Shown: positions 1 to 12,045 of the stretch, in pieces
Layout: the number at the start of each line of letters is the position of its first letter
Numbering within the stretch: position 1 is the first letter of the stretch
Program-made: the position numbers and the translations under genes
Assembly (NCBI GenBank): GCA_964019335.1
Contig: OZ025653.1
Span: forward strand, 62,001 to 126,000
DNA from: Diplonema japonicum
Taxonomy: Eukaryota; Protista; Euglenozoa: Diplonemea
DNA length: 64,000 nt
Direction: 5' to 3'
Notes under the pieces: generated by a model
What the model saw: the letters and a program-made list of their open reading frames with translations, nothing else
What the model was told of the DNA's origin: nothing
The model's database searches: none

Positions 1-2263
1 TTGTCTAGCAGGCAAAAACATACATTGGATTTGCAGGGGTCCAGGTCGGCTTAATGCGAGACACCTTCACAACGACGGCTTCCCCGCTCTTTCCCGGACT
101 TTCAGGCTCACTACCTACCACAGCCAAAGCACCGGCAGGTATGTACAAGTCGACGGGACCAACCAAGGTACCGGCACCGCACCTGAGTGTTGTTGAAATG
201 CCTCTGGATGTCGAGCCGGAGACGCTGCGGCTCCTCCCAGGCGTCCCTTTATCTTCCGAAGCGGCCTCGCTGAAGCTTGCAGGCTGTGAGGATGTAATAA
301 AAGAGCTAAACATACCATTTTGCAAGACGATGCCGTCGGTGACCTATAGGAGGCGCTTAGTGCTGATATGTTTTTGAAGTACTCTAGCTTTTCCTCATCA
401 ACCTTTGTTACATCAACAGAGTAGTCAATCTCTGTCATCGACACTAGCAGGCGAACGGTACCAGTGATGTGCGTGAAGCACGCAACTTGTCTCATGCCAT
501 TAAGAGACCATGCCACTGTGCCCTTGTCCATGTTCAGATGCATGGTGACGATGTCCCCGTAGCCATATGGCTCTGCACCCACCACCTCTTTCCCACATTT
601 CCATATCTCACCGCGGCTTGTGTATGTCCACACATCCGCCATCTGTGTGACATCTCCGTTCAAGTAAATCCCTTCGCGGCAAATACCAAAGCTGAACCCT
701 TTGCTGCCCTGCGTCACCCTCATGTTATATTCCACCACGCCACTGCCAAACGAGAACTCATCCTTGCCGATCGCGTTTCGGCAAGCATCGCTGGCCTTGT
801 CGAGGGAGAGCCTTTCATACTCAATACTGAAGTCCTTGTGGTAGATCTCCCACATGTCCTGCTCTGTTCCCTTTAGCCAGTGAGAAAATTGAGCAAATGC
901 TGTGTTTCCACGGGGGCTCCCTGTCTTCGGCGACACAGACCTCTTAGACTCCGCCGACTTCCTCCCCGCAAGCTTGATGTTGTGTGGAATGTGCACAGCC
1001 TCTGCAAACGTCACAAGGTCAAAGAGGGTGGAATGGAGATCTTCAGCGCACAAAGTACCACCCACGCCGTTTTGGTCTCTCAGCTGGCGGTTGATAGGGT
1101 CGTATGTAAAGCGGCGTGTTTCACTAACGGGGATTGCACCGTCGTTGATGTACGTCGATGACCACCCTGCGCCCTCGGAGGCCATGTAACGCAGCGTGTT
1201 GGTGAGGCCCACCGGTCCCTGCAGCAAGATGGTTAGCATGATTGGCAGATTCTCAGACTTACTAAAGACAATCGGCTTGGCTTGTGAAGGCGGTCTCTTA
1301 GCCGTCCTGTGAGTTGAGGGTGGGGGGGACACCTGATGAGTGCGATGGGGCAGCGTGACCTGACGCATGCTCATAGGAACAGATGTTGTCACCAACTTAG
1401 ACGGAGACTGCGGTCGTATGAGGCGTCGCATGGGCGAGTCCTGACGGCCGTGTGAGGCAGGCGCAGCTGACTTGCTGGCTCTTGCAGAGTCCTGCTTGCT
1501 CCTGGACCTGAACCTGCCCCGAGGAGGATTGCGACTCTCTTTTTCTCTCACACCTGCCTGCTTCTTAAGCCGGGCGATCTCTTCCCTCTGCTTGATTATC
1601 GGTCGATTAGGAGCCGAAGAACCTCTTCTCGTTGCCTTGGACTTCTTCTTCCCCTTAGCAGGAGGAGGAAGACTCTCGAGACGCACCTCATTGTCATTCA
1701 GGCTGCATACTGCGATGTCCGGCGTCGGTGCCTCTTCTGGGTCAAAGCTCCGGCTGCGGATCTCGGATCCGAGTAAAGTGTCATCAAAGGGGTCAGGGGG
1801 TATCTCTGGTGACGCCACATCGAGCCCTTCGTCAGTGTGACCAGCGCTCCCGTTGGTCTTTTCCTCAGGGTGATTCCGTTCCACCCAATCTGCCCAGAAA
1901 TCCTTTTTATAAAACTTGTTTGCGGCATTCTCCTTCACCTCACACAGTTCCTGTAGTTGTGTACATGCGGGGGTGGCTGCACACCTCGTTATTGTTCTCT
2001 TCTATTTCCTCGTAGTCGGGTGGGGGGGGAATTCCCTCGCCCTTATCCCACTGTGATGAAGTTGTTAGCACCACAATTCATACCTTTATCCCGGAGCCTA
2101 GGCGGAGCGACCCAAGCCTCCTGATAGATCCCATCCTCGATGACATTAAGCTCTGCGACATAGGGCTCCTCTCTGACGGCGTAGCAGAGGGCGAATCCAT
2201 TGCATCACCACCAACCGGCCCGGCACCCCAGCCTCTCCATCCGCCATGGAGATCATCGTACAT
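1..2263 (-). CDS. SPRY/B30.2-domain protein with low-complexity N-terminus and possible ZU5-like segment; 3' end probably runs off the window
   Basis: ATG 2263; GT-AG introns 2051-2083, 1951-1984, 284-315 and a further GTATGT donor at 23 join ORFs in frame. SPRY-like motif 'YGYGDIVTMHLNMDKGTVAWSLNG'; ZU5-like 'GTLVGPVDLYIPAGAL'. Confidence 0.7.
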
Positions 2264-2307
2264 GGTTCTCCCTGTGGTGAGTGGAAGGTGCAAGATGTTA
2301 AAATAAA

Positions 2308-3969
2308 TTACGCTAACAGGAGCAGAAACGAAAACACGACATTCAGCCCTAAGAGCCACGTGCCACAGGCCACAAGCAGGCGGTGCCAGTACAGCTGCTC
2401 TAGCTGGTGATCTACAACACCGGCATCACCGTACCTCCCGAGTAACTTGCGCGGCTCCTTGCTTATATCCAAGTCGTGGCCTGTGTCGATGACAACAGTG
2501 ATGGGGTGGACAGGTGTCTCGAGGAAGTCTTGCTCGGGATACGTATCCCATTCAGCGGGAGCCGGGGGGCGACAGAGCTTCTCATTTGCTATATGTAGCA
2601 CACAGGTGAGTACGTGTTCACCATCTAGTCCCGTGATGGGTATGAGATTGACCAGCATCAGCCCATAACTGATCATTTGCAGATACAAGAGAAACGCTGT
2701 CAGATGGAAAGGGACATCCCCGAACCAGTACGGCAGGGGTGCCGTGTAGGCAGGCAGATCGTCGCCATAGAGCCCCTGTGCCTCAGATGGGAGAAAAGTG
2801 GGGAGGTAGTCGGCAACACGTATCTTGTTGATGTCGAAGATGTCCTCGATGAACACAGCAGAGGCACCTGTCGTCAGGTCGAGCTTAAAGATCATCGAAC
2901 GACCTTGAAGCTGCAGCGATAGGCACACACCATGGTCTTTCACACCCCGCCCGCAGCAGTCATCACCCCAGAACTGCATGGCCACTCGTTTGCCAGGAAG
3001 ACAAACCTTGGAATCAGGTGACACAAAACACAACAACGCACCACTATACCCTTCCTCACAACAGCTGACGTCATCTGCTTCTCTGTTCATAAATGCCTCA
3101 GGCACACAGAATCTTTGCGCCTCTTTTTTCGAGGCTATCTCATTCAATACCATGTTCCAACCCTTCACGCTCTGTACCTGCTTGCCATTCAAGGCTGAGA
3201 TACCAACATGCGCTACCGGATTCGGAACAGGAATACTACCCTCGATGACAGACCCTTTCACACTGCTGACCCACACGCATTCATGCCCTGTGTGCACAGA
3301 GCACGTCACCCATAAAGGACTAAGAAGAACCGGAAGAAAAAAAAGTACCACACCAGCAATAATTCCTTGGGTTAGATTGTGCCACGCGCCTGCGGTGTAT
3401 ATTCGCAGCTGCTTGTGGGGCGAGATCCTCCTCACGTGCTCTTCAATCTGCACGAAAGCCGATGGAATAAACGCGAACAGAGCAACACCAAAGCTGGTAA
3501 GGTGCAAGTGGCACACAGTGGCCGCTAGGGCATGTCCTAACTCGTGGTGTATTAATGCTACGGCAGCAGCAAGAACGATGTACGGGAGGTGGCTAGTGGG
3601 TAGAGTGACACCGGGTACGAGGGGCATCAGCAGCATCCCTTCTGAACCGCCGTTGCTGGTCGCCCCCATCGAAGTGCCAACCGCGAAGCATAGATCATAC
3701 ATAAGGCGTACTAGGTTCACACACAATAGAACGATATTAAAAGCGGCCATACAGCAGCACACGTAGCTACCAATCACGAACCAATAGTCCAGCATCTTCG
3801 AGAGCCTGCTTGTACCCACCTGTGTAATGAAGCTGCTGAACGTCCTTGCCCTCCATGAGATGGTGATACCCTCGACCTCACACCCGCAAATATCCGGAAG
3901 CGACTTGCAACATGGCACCAACTGCGATGAGTAACACACCGCGAGAATCACGAATATCGCTAACCACAT
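2308..3969 (-). CDS. MBTPS2: Site-2 protease (peptidase M50, MBTPS2-like)
   Basis: 553-aa ORF; HELGH zinc motif, 'RIYTAGAWHN', Cys-rich luminal insert, 'NLIPITGLDG' (LDG motif), multiple TM segments. Confidence 0.9.
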   Translation of the reverse strand: MWLAIFVILAVCYSSQLVPCCKSLPDICGCEVEGITISWRARTFSSFITQVGTSRLSKMLDYWFVIGSYVCCCMAAFNIVLLCVNLVRLMYDLCFAVGTSMGATSNGGSEGMLLMPLVPGVTLPTSHLPYIVLAAAVALIHHELGHALAATVCHLHLTSFGVALFAFIPSAFVQIEEHVRRISPHKQLRIYTAGAWHNLTQGIIAGVVLFFLPVLLSPLWVTCSVHTGHECVWVSSVKGSVIEGSIPVPNPVAHVGISALNGKQVQSVKGWNMVLNEIASKKEAQRFCVPEAFMNREADDVSCCEEGYSGALLCFVSPDSKVCLPGKRVAMQFWGDDCCGRGVKDHGVCLSLQLQGRSMIFKLDLTTGASAVFIEDIFDINKIRVADYLPTFLPSEAQGLYGDDLPAYTAPLPYWFGDVPFHLTAFLLYLQMISYGLMLVNLIPITGLDGEHVLTCVLHIANEKLCRPPAPAEWDTYPEQDFLETPVHPITVVIDTGHDLDISKEPRKLLGRYGDAGVVDHQLEQLYWHRLLVACGTWLLGLNVVFSFLLLLA

Positions 3970-4081
3970 TTCATTCGTCTGCAGTGCATAAGAGCTGTCT
4001 GAAGGTCAACAATGAGGAACAATTACTCTTAGGGATATGTTAAACTGTAACCTTCACATTCTAACACTATTCTATCGGCAG

Positions 4082-4665
4082 TTAGATGTCCTGCTTTCTT
4101 GCTCGCAACTTATCTTCGTAGGACTTATGGAACTCACGTGCGATGTGCTCGAATGGCTGGCTGAGGTTGTGCGACCTGTGTGCTGCTACGTGGCAGTAAT
4201 GACATACCTGAAGGCAGATGTCTGGAAGAACTCCATTGCACGCGCCTTGCAAAGAGCAGTCCCCTGGAAGTCTTGCACTTCTATTCTCTCATCTAAGTCC
4301 AGCTTGTTGGCTACGCATACGCCAGGAAGGTCCTTCCTCCCCTTCCTACACCTTTCGACCCAAGACTTTGCGGCTTCAAAAGACATCTTGTTGGACGCAT
4401 CATACACGAACATGAAGTAGCTGATGTTCTCCAAATATTGGTCAATGATACCCTTGTACATCTCGGCACCTGCCACATCAAACAAGTACAACTCAACGGT
4501 TGTATCCTTGTCTATTTCCACCTCCTTCACACCAAAGTCTATCCCCATTGTCATCTGGTAATTCCTCGGGAAAGTCGACCCCCCTGTGAGGAACATCTGC
4601 ACAATGGAGCTCTTCCCCACTGTCGGTTCCCCCACCACAGCTACTTTACAGCGCAACACCACCAT
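4082..4665 (-). CDS. IFT27: Intraflagellar transport protein 27 (Rab-like 4), 183 aa
   Basis: 'MVVLRCKVAVVGEPTVGKS', 'FPRNYQMTMG', NKLD motif. Intron 4176-4207 restores C-terminus 'QPFEHIAREFHKSYEDKL'; no prenylation motif. Confidence 0.9.
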
Positions 4666-4727
4666 ATTGCTATGGACACCTGTGAACTCTGCATCACAAA
4701 AAGAAAGTAAAACTAAATACATAACAC

Positions 4728-6590
4728 TCATGCTGCGTAGAATGGATACGTCATGCCCGGATCGTTGGGAAGGCCAAAGTCAGATTCCCTGCGATTGAAC
4801 TGCCTGGCAGGATCACCGTCGGCGGACGGCGTAGAGACGTTACCAGTGTTGCCACTAAAAGAATCAAATTGTGTCGTGAATCCTTGCAGCTCTGGTTTAG
4901 GCCTCTGCGAGGGACGTGGTAAAGTATCAGCTGGCAGTGCTGATGCTGGTAGCGTGGCCGGACCTGCTTGGGGCTGCGGCGTCTGCTGGGGTGTCATCTG
5001 ACTGGATAGGCCGTGCTCGGCTTCATGGGGCTGGTTCAATTGTTGTACTGGGACAGCCATTTTAGCATGAATCGGCGAATGAGGATACGTGGGCTGCGCA
5101 ACGGCATCCAGTTGCGGTGCGTACCTCTTCACGGGCTGCACTGTGTTCGGCAGCTGGTCCAAAGAGCCCAACACCGTGGATGCACTTGGTGGTTTGAAAT
5201 CCGGCTTTGGGGTGGCACCTTGGTTGAACCGCTCCGAATCTCGTCTGTCTAATTGTTTCCCTTGCTTAGCCGCATCAAGCGCTTCTCTTTCCTGGCGTAT
5301 CCTTCTGCTCTCTTCCTCTTGCTCGATCTTCTGCAACTGCATCTGTTTCTTCATCGCTACCTGCTCCTCATGTTGTGCCCTCAGAGACTCCTGCTGGTCC
5401 CTTAGTGCTTTTAGCTGGTTCTCCTGTTCGTTTCGCATGGCCAGAAGCTCTTCCTGCTGCATTGCTATCTTCGCTTTATCTTCTTCCTGAGCGGCTTTCA
5501 ATTCTTGCAACTCTCTCTGCTCCTCCGCTACTTTTAACCTTTGCTCTTGTTGTTGTTGTTCGAGCTGCATTGCGACCTTCTTCGCCTCCTCTTGCCTGTG
5601 GAGTTCATGCTGCTGTATATTTGCTTCCTCCTCAGCCCTAAGTGCGGCCTCTGCTTCCTTTTCTTTAGTTTCACGTGCTTGTTTCTCAATTTCGTTTTTC
5701 TTTTCCTGTTCCAATCTCAGCTCTTCCTTCCTTCGTTCCTCCTCCTTTCTCTTCTCGTGGTCTTGCTGAGCCTGGAACAACAGAGCCAATCTCTGCTGCT
5801 CCTCTTTGTCTGTCTCTTGCTCCACCGTGGGGAGGATTCTCTGCTGCCCAGCGTTACCTGTCATCTCTGAGGCTGTCGCAAAAGTCTCAGCCCCATGGCC
5901 ATCGTTGAACTCGATGAAACCTTTCATCACAGGCAACTCCTTGCCTGGCGGTATGTTGTGCAAGTACCCATTCCCGACGTCTATGCCCAACGAGGGCGCC
6001 CTGACGAGGTCAGCGTAAACCTCGCGAATAGTGTTCTCCTCCCCATCGTAGACAAGCATGAGGAGCCTGTCAGAGCACCTCTTTTCGATGCGCAGTTGCA
6101 TCTTCTCCACCAAACGTGCGTGGAAGTCGTCCTTGTCACAGAACAGTGTTATAATAGGGTGCTTTGGATCACCTCCTACAACCTCGAAGCCGATGATGAA
6201 GTCTTTGTCTGCACGGATGCAGCTCCTCAGCGGTGACTCTGGGCTGACTCCTGTCACGTGCCACGACATAATGGTATTACTCCACTCAAGGGAGCACCCG
6301 AGGAGCCCTGAGCCGCCCCATGTGTCTGAAGGAACAAGCGTAAGCTCCCTCAGACACAGCACCTTGGAGTTGTACACTGTCAGCTTCACAGCCTCGCCTA
6401 AATGCTTCTTCAAGTACTCTCGAAAGAAGCCCACAGTGTCCTCACTCAGTTCATATGTGTCCACCTTAACAATGAAGTCAAAGAAAGGCAGCAAGCCCGC
6501 CTTGCAAGCGGGCGACCTCGGCAAGAGTGAGCCGACCTGAAGGCCATACACTCCCTTGATGCCCCCCTCTGTGCTTTCAACACCACCCAT
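4728..6590 (-). CDS. GORASP: GRASP55/65-family Golgi stacking protein with long coiled-coil and Pro/Gln-rich tail
   Basis: N-myristoylation start MGGVES; GRASP PDZ-like motifs 'SPACKAGLLPFFDFIV', 'PSDTWGGSGLLGC', 'LGIDVGNGYLHNIP'. Confidence 0.85.
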   Translation of the reverse strand: MGGVESTEGGIKGVYGLQVGSLLPRSPACKAGLLPFFDFIVKVDTYELSEDTVGFFREYLKKHLGEAVKLTVYNSKVLCLRELTLVPSDTWGGSGLLGCSLEWSNTIMSWHVTGVSPESPLRSCIRADKDFIIGFEVVGGDPKHPIITLFCDKDDFHARLVEKMQLRIEKRCSDRLLMLVYDGEENTIREVYADLVRAPSLGIDVGNGYLHNIPPGKELPVMKGFIEFNDGHGAETFATASEMTGNAGQQRILPTVEQETDKEEQQRLALLFQAQQDHEKRKEEERRKEELRLEQEKKNEIEKQARETKEKEAEAALRAEEEANIQQHELHRQEEAKKVAMQLEQQQQEQRLKVAEEQRELQELKAAQEEDKAKIAMQQEELLAMRNEQENQLKALRDQQESLRAQHEEQVAMKKQMQLQKIEQEEESRRIRQEREALDAAKQGKQLDRRDSERFNQGATPKPDFKPPSASTVLGSLDQLPNTVQPVKRYAPQLDAVAQPTYPHSPIHAKMAVPVQQLNQPHEAEHGLSSQMTPQQTPQPQAGPATLPASALPADTLPRPSQRPKPELQGFTTQFDSFSGNTGNVSTPSADGDPARQFNRRESDFGLPNDPGMTYPFYAA

Positions 6591-6662
6591 TGGTAACCCT
6601 GTGAATTATTCGGCTTTTTCACTGAGGATAAAAAACTAATACGGTTTACGGTTAAATACAGA

Positions 6663-8256
6663 CTACTTCCTTGAGCTTTTGAACCATGATGTAGGGCTCT
6701 TCACCTGGGTGTCGTACACCGTGTCGGAAGGTTTAGGAGACAAGGGTTTGGGGTGCACAATAGCCGGGCTAAGGGATCTATGCGCGGTATGTGCTTGCGC
6801 TTGTGTACTTGCGGGTGTCTTGTTCGCTGTAAGACCACTTGACCTCCGAAGGCTCTCTCTCTCACGCCTTTCACGTGTTACATTACTCTTCACCTCATTC
6901 CACCTCTTGCGTTCGATCATCTCTTTCGTAACAACCGGCTTCGGCTTGTATGCTCCTGCCTTTGCTGGTTTCCTCCCTGGGTACAAGGGGTGTCCTGGCC
7001 CCACATCCGTTTTGCTACCCCGCCGCGTCTGTGGCTTAGGAATGACATGCGTCCGCATTTCGTTTGGGTATCCCTCCAAAGGCATCTTGGCTATCACTGT
7101 GCAGTTGTGGTTACATTGTGAGTCCCCTTGCATACCTGCTTGCAGCTTAAAGTTCATCTCTTCGACAAAATCAGCAAGCTCAAAGACGAGGTCTTTCCTC
7201 CCCTGTGATACGGCAGAGTCGATCACTTGTTTGGTGCTGTCCAAACTCCGAGGGGAGAGATGGGATGTTCTAGGGGACGAAGCTCTTGAAGAAGCAAGGG
7301 CGTCTTTAGAGGCCATCGGGGAAGGCAGAGATGCTCGAGGAGACGGAGAAGGCGGCCTTCTATGAGGGCTGCCCCGTGAGCTGTCTCGCGAAGGTGACCG
7401 GCACACAGGATGCTTTGTGTAGTAGCTTGCTCTTCTTGGAGACCATGATCGCGATCCCTCAGCGGGCGACGGAGAACGAGAAACATGCCGCAGTGGTGAC
7501 TCACCCCGTCGTGTCCTAATGCCCCTGCTGTAGTCCATCGCCTTTTGCCTATAAACAGAGTTTAAACAGAGAGTTAAAACCACCCAACACTACCTGCTGG
7601 AGCGCTGATCAGTCTCTGGTGATTCCTTTTTTAGCCTCCACCTCTTCTCTCGTTGCTCATTACCTGATACATGCGAGGCGTCACTGAAGTACTAAGAACA
7701 CGAGATGACATACCGCTGCATTGTGTAAGAAACCCGACTGGTTGTATCAAGTGAATAGCTTCCGGAATTGTGGGGGGCAGGGGAGGATGGGCTTCGCCTT
7801 CGCGGTGAGTCGCTCATGATGCGGCTGTACTCTGACGGGAAGTACTTCAGCGCTCGTAGCTCGTCCGTAAGAGAATCCTCAGCAGAGCATTGGCTGCTTG
7901 CCGTAGGGCGCAGCTTGCGGGGGGAGAGAGGAGGCTTCTGAGGTACCTGTTGTATGTCTACAATCTGTAGTGACATACCGGTGACGCCGATGCCCGCGTG
8001 TGTCTAAGAGGCACGCTGGAACAGGGCGATGGAGGAGGGCTGTCAGACTGTGGGAGCTTCTCACTAATGACGTCCTTCAATCTGAGAACGTCATCAGAGT
8101 TGACACCCAATGCCGCGTAGTCGACCTGAAAGCTGTCGTCATCTGTGGAGAGGCTGGAAGGCGTGTACGAATGGTTGCTGCGTTGTGACTATTTGTGCTC
8201 GCGACTGCATACCTTGCTGTATCTGGTGACGTCCCCTTATGGTCATCTGCCCCCAT
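6663..8256 (-). CDS. Hypothetical Ser/Pro/Arg-rich disordered protein (~483 aa, 5 exons)
   Basis: ATG 8256; introns 8178-8212, 7947-7978, 7684-7713, 7549-7593 give a continuous frame (1452 nt). Confidence 0.65.
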
Positions 8257-8340
8257 GCCTGTAGGTGCCTTATGAAAATTGGAGAAAAAGGAGCGAAGTT
8301 AACAAGTTACTGATATAGGTGGAAACCATGTGTAAATACA

Positions 8341-9812
8341 TTAAATCATATTACGCTTCAGGAGCGTGTACCATGTAAGGACCTCAAGGAGATCCATGCG
8401 CAGGCCGTAGAGCTGCCGTGTCAAACACATTTGTGAGTGCGTAAGCTGTGTGTGGTCTGGAGTTGCGAGGTAAAGGTACCTTGAAGCCAAGAAACATAGC
8501 AAAAGTGGGCAGGTCGCTGAGTGTGATGCGGTTGTGTGTGTCACGCTCTTCGCTGAACGTCTTGAAGAGATGCTCGACCAATTCGAGGTACGGCTGTGAT
8601 TGGTTAGCCCACCCGCCCACCCCGAGGACATACATCGTTCAGCCATGCATTGTCGCGCTGCAGCTTCTTCCTGGCTGCTGCTTCTACTCTCAGCTTCTCC
8701 TCAAATGCATCTTGGTGCTGCTCCTGCAAAATCTCAACGAACATTCCAAGGTACTGCTTCTCTGAATGCACTGCAGCCAGTTGTACATCTGCCCGAGCTA
8801 TGTCCCCCAACCTACTTGCCAAATGCCTGTCATCTTCCAAATGCCGTACACCAGCACCCACAAGCACTATGCTGCCCACCGCCACCAGCCCCACCAACGC
8901 CACCACCTCGCTGCTTACCCCTAGCAAGCATTTGCGTTGCAATGCTCCCCGTAGCTTGTCTTCATTCCGCTGCTTGAATGCTTTTATTGAATTTGCCCCT
9001 GCCAAGCTCTTCAGCTGGACCGTCAGCCCTCCCTTCTTGCAGTATGCATCAGCTAAGTGCTGCACATCGATGAAGGAGCAGCTGTCCTCTTCTTCGTTGT
9101 ACCCCGTGCTGCGTGTCGAGGAAATCTCCGCCACCAGAGCAGAAGCGTCAGCCCTCGGTATTCTGCCCTCTGCATGAAGGTCTTTCAAAAGGAACTCTGC
9201 AAAGAGTGCCTTCTGGTACGTTGACAGATGCTCTTGTATGAGGCTCAAGGTCAGAATCAAGCTACTTTCACCGGATATGGATGCTTGCTGTTTTTTACTT
9301 TTGAGCTCCATTTCTAGAATTGCAAGCTTCTCAGTCAGCTTCCCAAGTAACTTCTCTCGTTCCTTAAAGCGACACTGCTGCCTGGTCCACATATCAACAG
9401 GCGACTTAAGTTCTGATAGTTCTTGAACCTCTTGCACACAAGGGGCACTCCCAGATACCGGTACGGTGTCTGAGACTACTGAAGGGCGTAATGGCTTTTT
9501 AGTATTCACAGCTTCCCTTACTCGATCCTGGTCATTCTTCACCTCGCCAAACAGGCTGCCCCACCGAATGGGAAAGGTAACCAAGGGCACTTCGTCCAGC
9601 CCTCTTGTAAGTGGAGATTTCCAATCACTCAATTTCGGCAGCTGAAAGCTGGCATTCTTTGGCTTCTGAACAGCTTTTTCTTCTATTCTCCTTGGGGGGA
9701 ACACCTTGCCACTATCATCCCAAACAATGTACTGCAAGATCTGAACATCACCCTTGGTGAGCAGTGGCAGGTCTGTGCAAATTTCCCTCGGCCGCCATTT
9801 TAACTGACCCAT
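8341..9812 (-). CDS. Hypothetical protein (~465 aa) with coiled coils, one TM segment and a degenerate C-terminal EF-hand-like region
   Basis: 402-aa ORF extended by introns 8594-8633 (contains GCTAAC branch-like motif) and 8446-8479; TM 'VVALVGLVAVGSIVLVGAGV'. Confidence 0.6.
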
Positions 9813-9881
9813 CCTTTGAAGTCATAATGCGGCAGTGCAACAAAACAACATTTACAGTACAGGTCAGAGAGGGGTTTTAAG

Positions 9882-10706
9882 TTAGTTTTTGCGCACCTTG
9901 CCTTTAGATGCGACTGTCTGCCTTGCTATCCTGCTGTGATCCTCCTCGGATATCTGCATGACCCGCCTCGGCGGCACAGGGTCAGGAGGATCCTCGGGGG
10001 CCTTTCCTTTTGATGCAGTGGTTTGACGTGATAACCTAGTGTATTCCTCATCAGGTATGAGCACATGGTACCTGATGGGCTTTACCAGTTCCAAGGGGTC
10101 CTCGCCAACTGGGTCGGGAGTAAAGAAAGTGTCTTTGTCAGTAGAGATGCGCAACGAGCGAAGATCGCGTGGGCTCACGACCTGCCAAGCCTCCTTCTCG
10201 TCATGCAGCGGTAGGGTTGTGAACATTCGCTCAGCGTTCTCTCCTGGGTCTACGAGCGCCTGCAGCGCCGACACCTTCGAGCTACCGCTCCATGCCGTGT
10301 TAGGGATTCTGATGGCACTGTTTGTGTACAAGCCAACCCGTTCCCTTTTCAAAATAGCATTCTTCGTCTTCTTGCTTAAGTCAACGGTACCCTTGTCACA
10401 CCATGCGTGCATCCTGCTCAGTGCCTCTTCCTTCCTCTCCCTTGAAACAGTGGGCCCTTTCACCCCCTCTTGTGGTCGTGTCACATCCCTCGCGATCGAC
10501 GCCTTCGTAGGCCGTGCTGCGGTTCCTTTCCATTTCATTTTGCTTGGCGACTCGGTGTCAGAGCTAAAAGAAAGCTCCCTCCCAACAAGGAGACTGTCCG
10601 TGCCTGGTGTGCTGGGAGGCGTTGCCAATACCTTTCCGCCGAGTCGGCTTCGAGCACGAATCATTTCCTCCAACACCCCGGCATCACTGGTGAAAACCGG
10701 CAACAT
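9882..10706 (-). CDS. Hypothetical basic protein with repeated R(L/I)xRxTxASKGK motif
   Basis: 274-aa ORF with pyrimidine tract and AG upstream; internal repeats EEYTRLSRQTTASKGK / EEDHSRIARQTVASKGK. Confidence 0.65.
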   Translation of the reverse strand: MLPVFTSDAGVLEEMIRARSRLGGKVLATPPSTPGTDSLLVGRELSFSSDTESPSKMKWKGTAARPTKASIARDVTRPQEGVKGPTVSRERKEEALSRMHAWCDKGTVDLSKKTKNAILKRERVGLYTNSAIRIPNTAWSGSSKVSALQALVDPGENAERMFTTLPLHDEKEAWQVVSPRDLRSLRISTDKDTFFTPDPVGEDPLELVKPIRYHVLIPDEEYTRLSRQTTASKGKAPEDPPDPVPPRRVMQISEEDHSRIARQTVASKGKVRKN

Positions 10707-10994
10707 CTACACCGTCTGTGTTGCTGATGGTGCGAGAAACAAAGAATAACAGAATAAAGCCCCGACTGAACAAACGATAGATGCAGGACACGGCCTTGGA
10801 AGGCTTAGTGATCACAACTACCTTCAGATGCGAAGCGCTCCGACCCTAACCCTGTAAATGGCCGAAGGCAGCTAGACGTCTCTATCCTCCGTCCCACACT
10901 CCTTAACACTGCGCTGTGGTGTGAGCGTTTCGGGGTCAGACTGCGCACCGACAGCCAGCGACGAACGCGAACAAACAGAAAGTCAGAAGCCAGA

Positions 10995-11861
10995 TCAAAG
11001 TAAAGGATCCATATACTGCACAATAACATTAATAAGCTGATACGGAAGACCCCCTTCGCTGCAATCAAGCATCTTTCGATGCCCTGCACACAGAGGGCAC
11101 TCGGCACCCGACTGCCCAGCATCCGTCAAGCTAACCAGACCTCTGTGCTTGATTATTGGGCAAGTTTCAGTGTGCTGGAAGCCAAAAGACCCCAGCTGCG
11201 GCTTGCCTCTTAAGCAGCACCCCCATGTAATCCCGCACAGCTTCTTAAACGGTATCCCACGACTTATAAATTCAGAAGCAACAGATTTCAGACCCGTATT
11301 GTCTAAGGCAAGTCGCACCTGTTGTGTGTTTGGGTGTTCGGAGCGATACCTGGTCGCTGCTGAGCTCCTTAGCATGGAATACAGGACCATTCCTTCGTGC
11401 GCGTGACACCTTCATCGCTGCACGTAAGTTGTTAGGTTCCTTTACCCTTTTCAGAGACATCCTGACCTGAAGATCCTGATTCTTCGTAGACTTATTTTCA
11501 TAATCGGCCATAAGCTGTATCTTCACCTCATCAAAATCAGGTATCAAGCGTACCAGAAGTGGTACGTATTTTGTATTCTTCGGCAGCGCGAAACGCGGCG
11601 GGCGGACAAGAAAGTCCAAATGGTTGACACGGACCTTAACCTTCGAGATGTCCGTGTCGGTTGGATTTGACACCGCAAGAATGGCTACGGGTGACGCATC
11701 CCATGTGTGTGTCTGTAATAACTGAGAAAAACCTTTCTTAACCATACCTTCTCGCCCTTCCGCCCACTCTTACATTCAGAGTCATGCAAGTAATACGTAA
11801 ACTCTGTAGGCCGAACCTGAATCTTCCCTTGCTGTGGAGAACCAGGCCGCAAAATGTTCAT
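10995..11861 (-). CDS. Hypothetical protein (~266 aa) with PapD/MSP-like beta-rich N-terminal region
   Basis: Introns 11713-11747 and 11319-11349 join three ORFs in frame. 'LAVSNPTDTDISKVKVRVNHLDFLVRPPRFAL' resembles MSP/Ig-like domains. 3' end uncertain. Confidence 0.55.
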
Positions 11862-12045
11862 ATCCCTCCTATCTGTCAAATGAATAGGCGTCTGTATCTT
11901 GATAAATCATATACTACTATCTAAATTAGTCTATTACATTAAACAAGGACGATTGCCCTTTTAGCTTACGTGCATGATTCTGGACAACAAACGAGGCAAA
12001 CAGGTGTTTACAAACATGTGTTTCTAATAACTACAACTATGTCAC

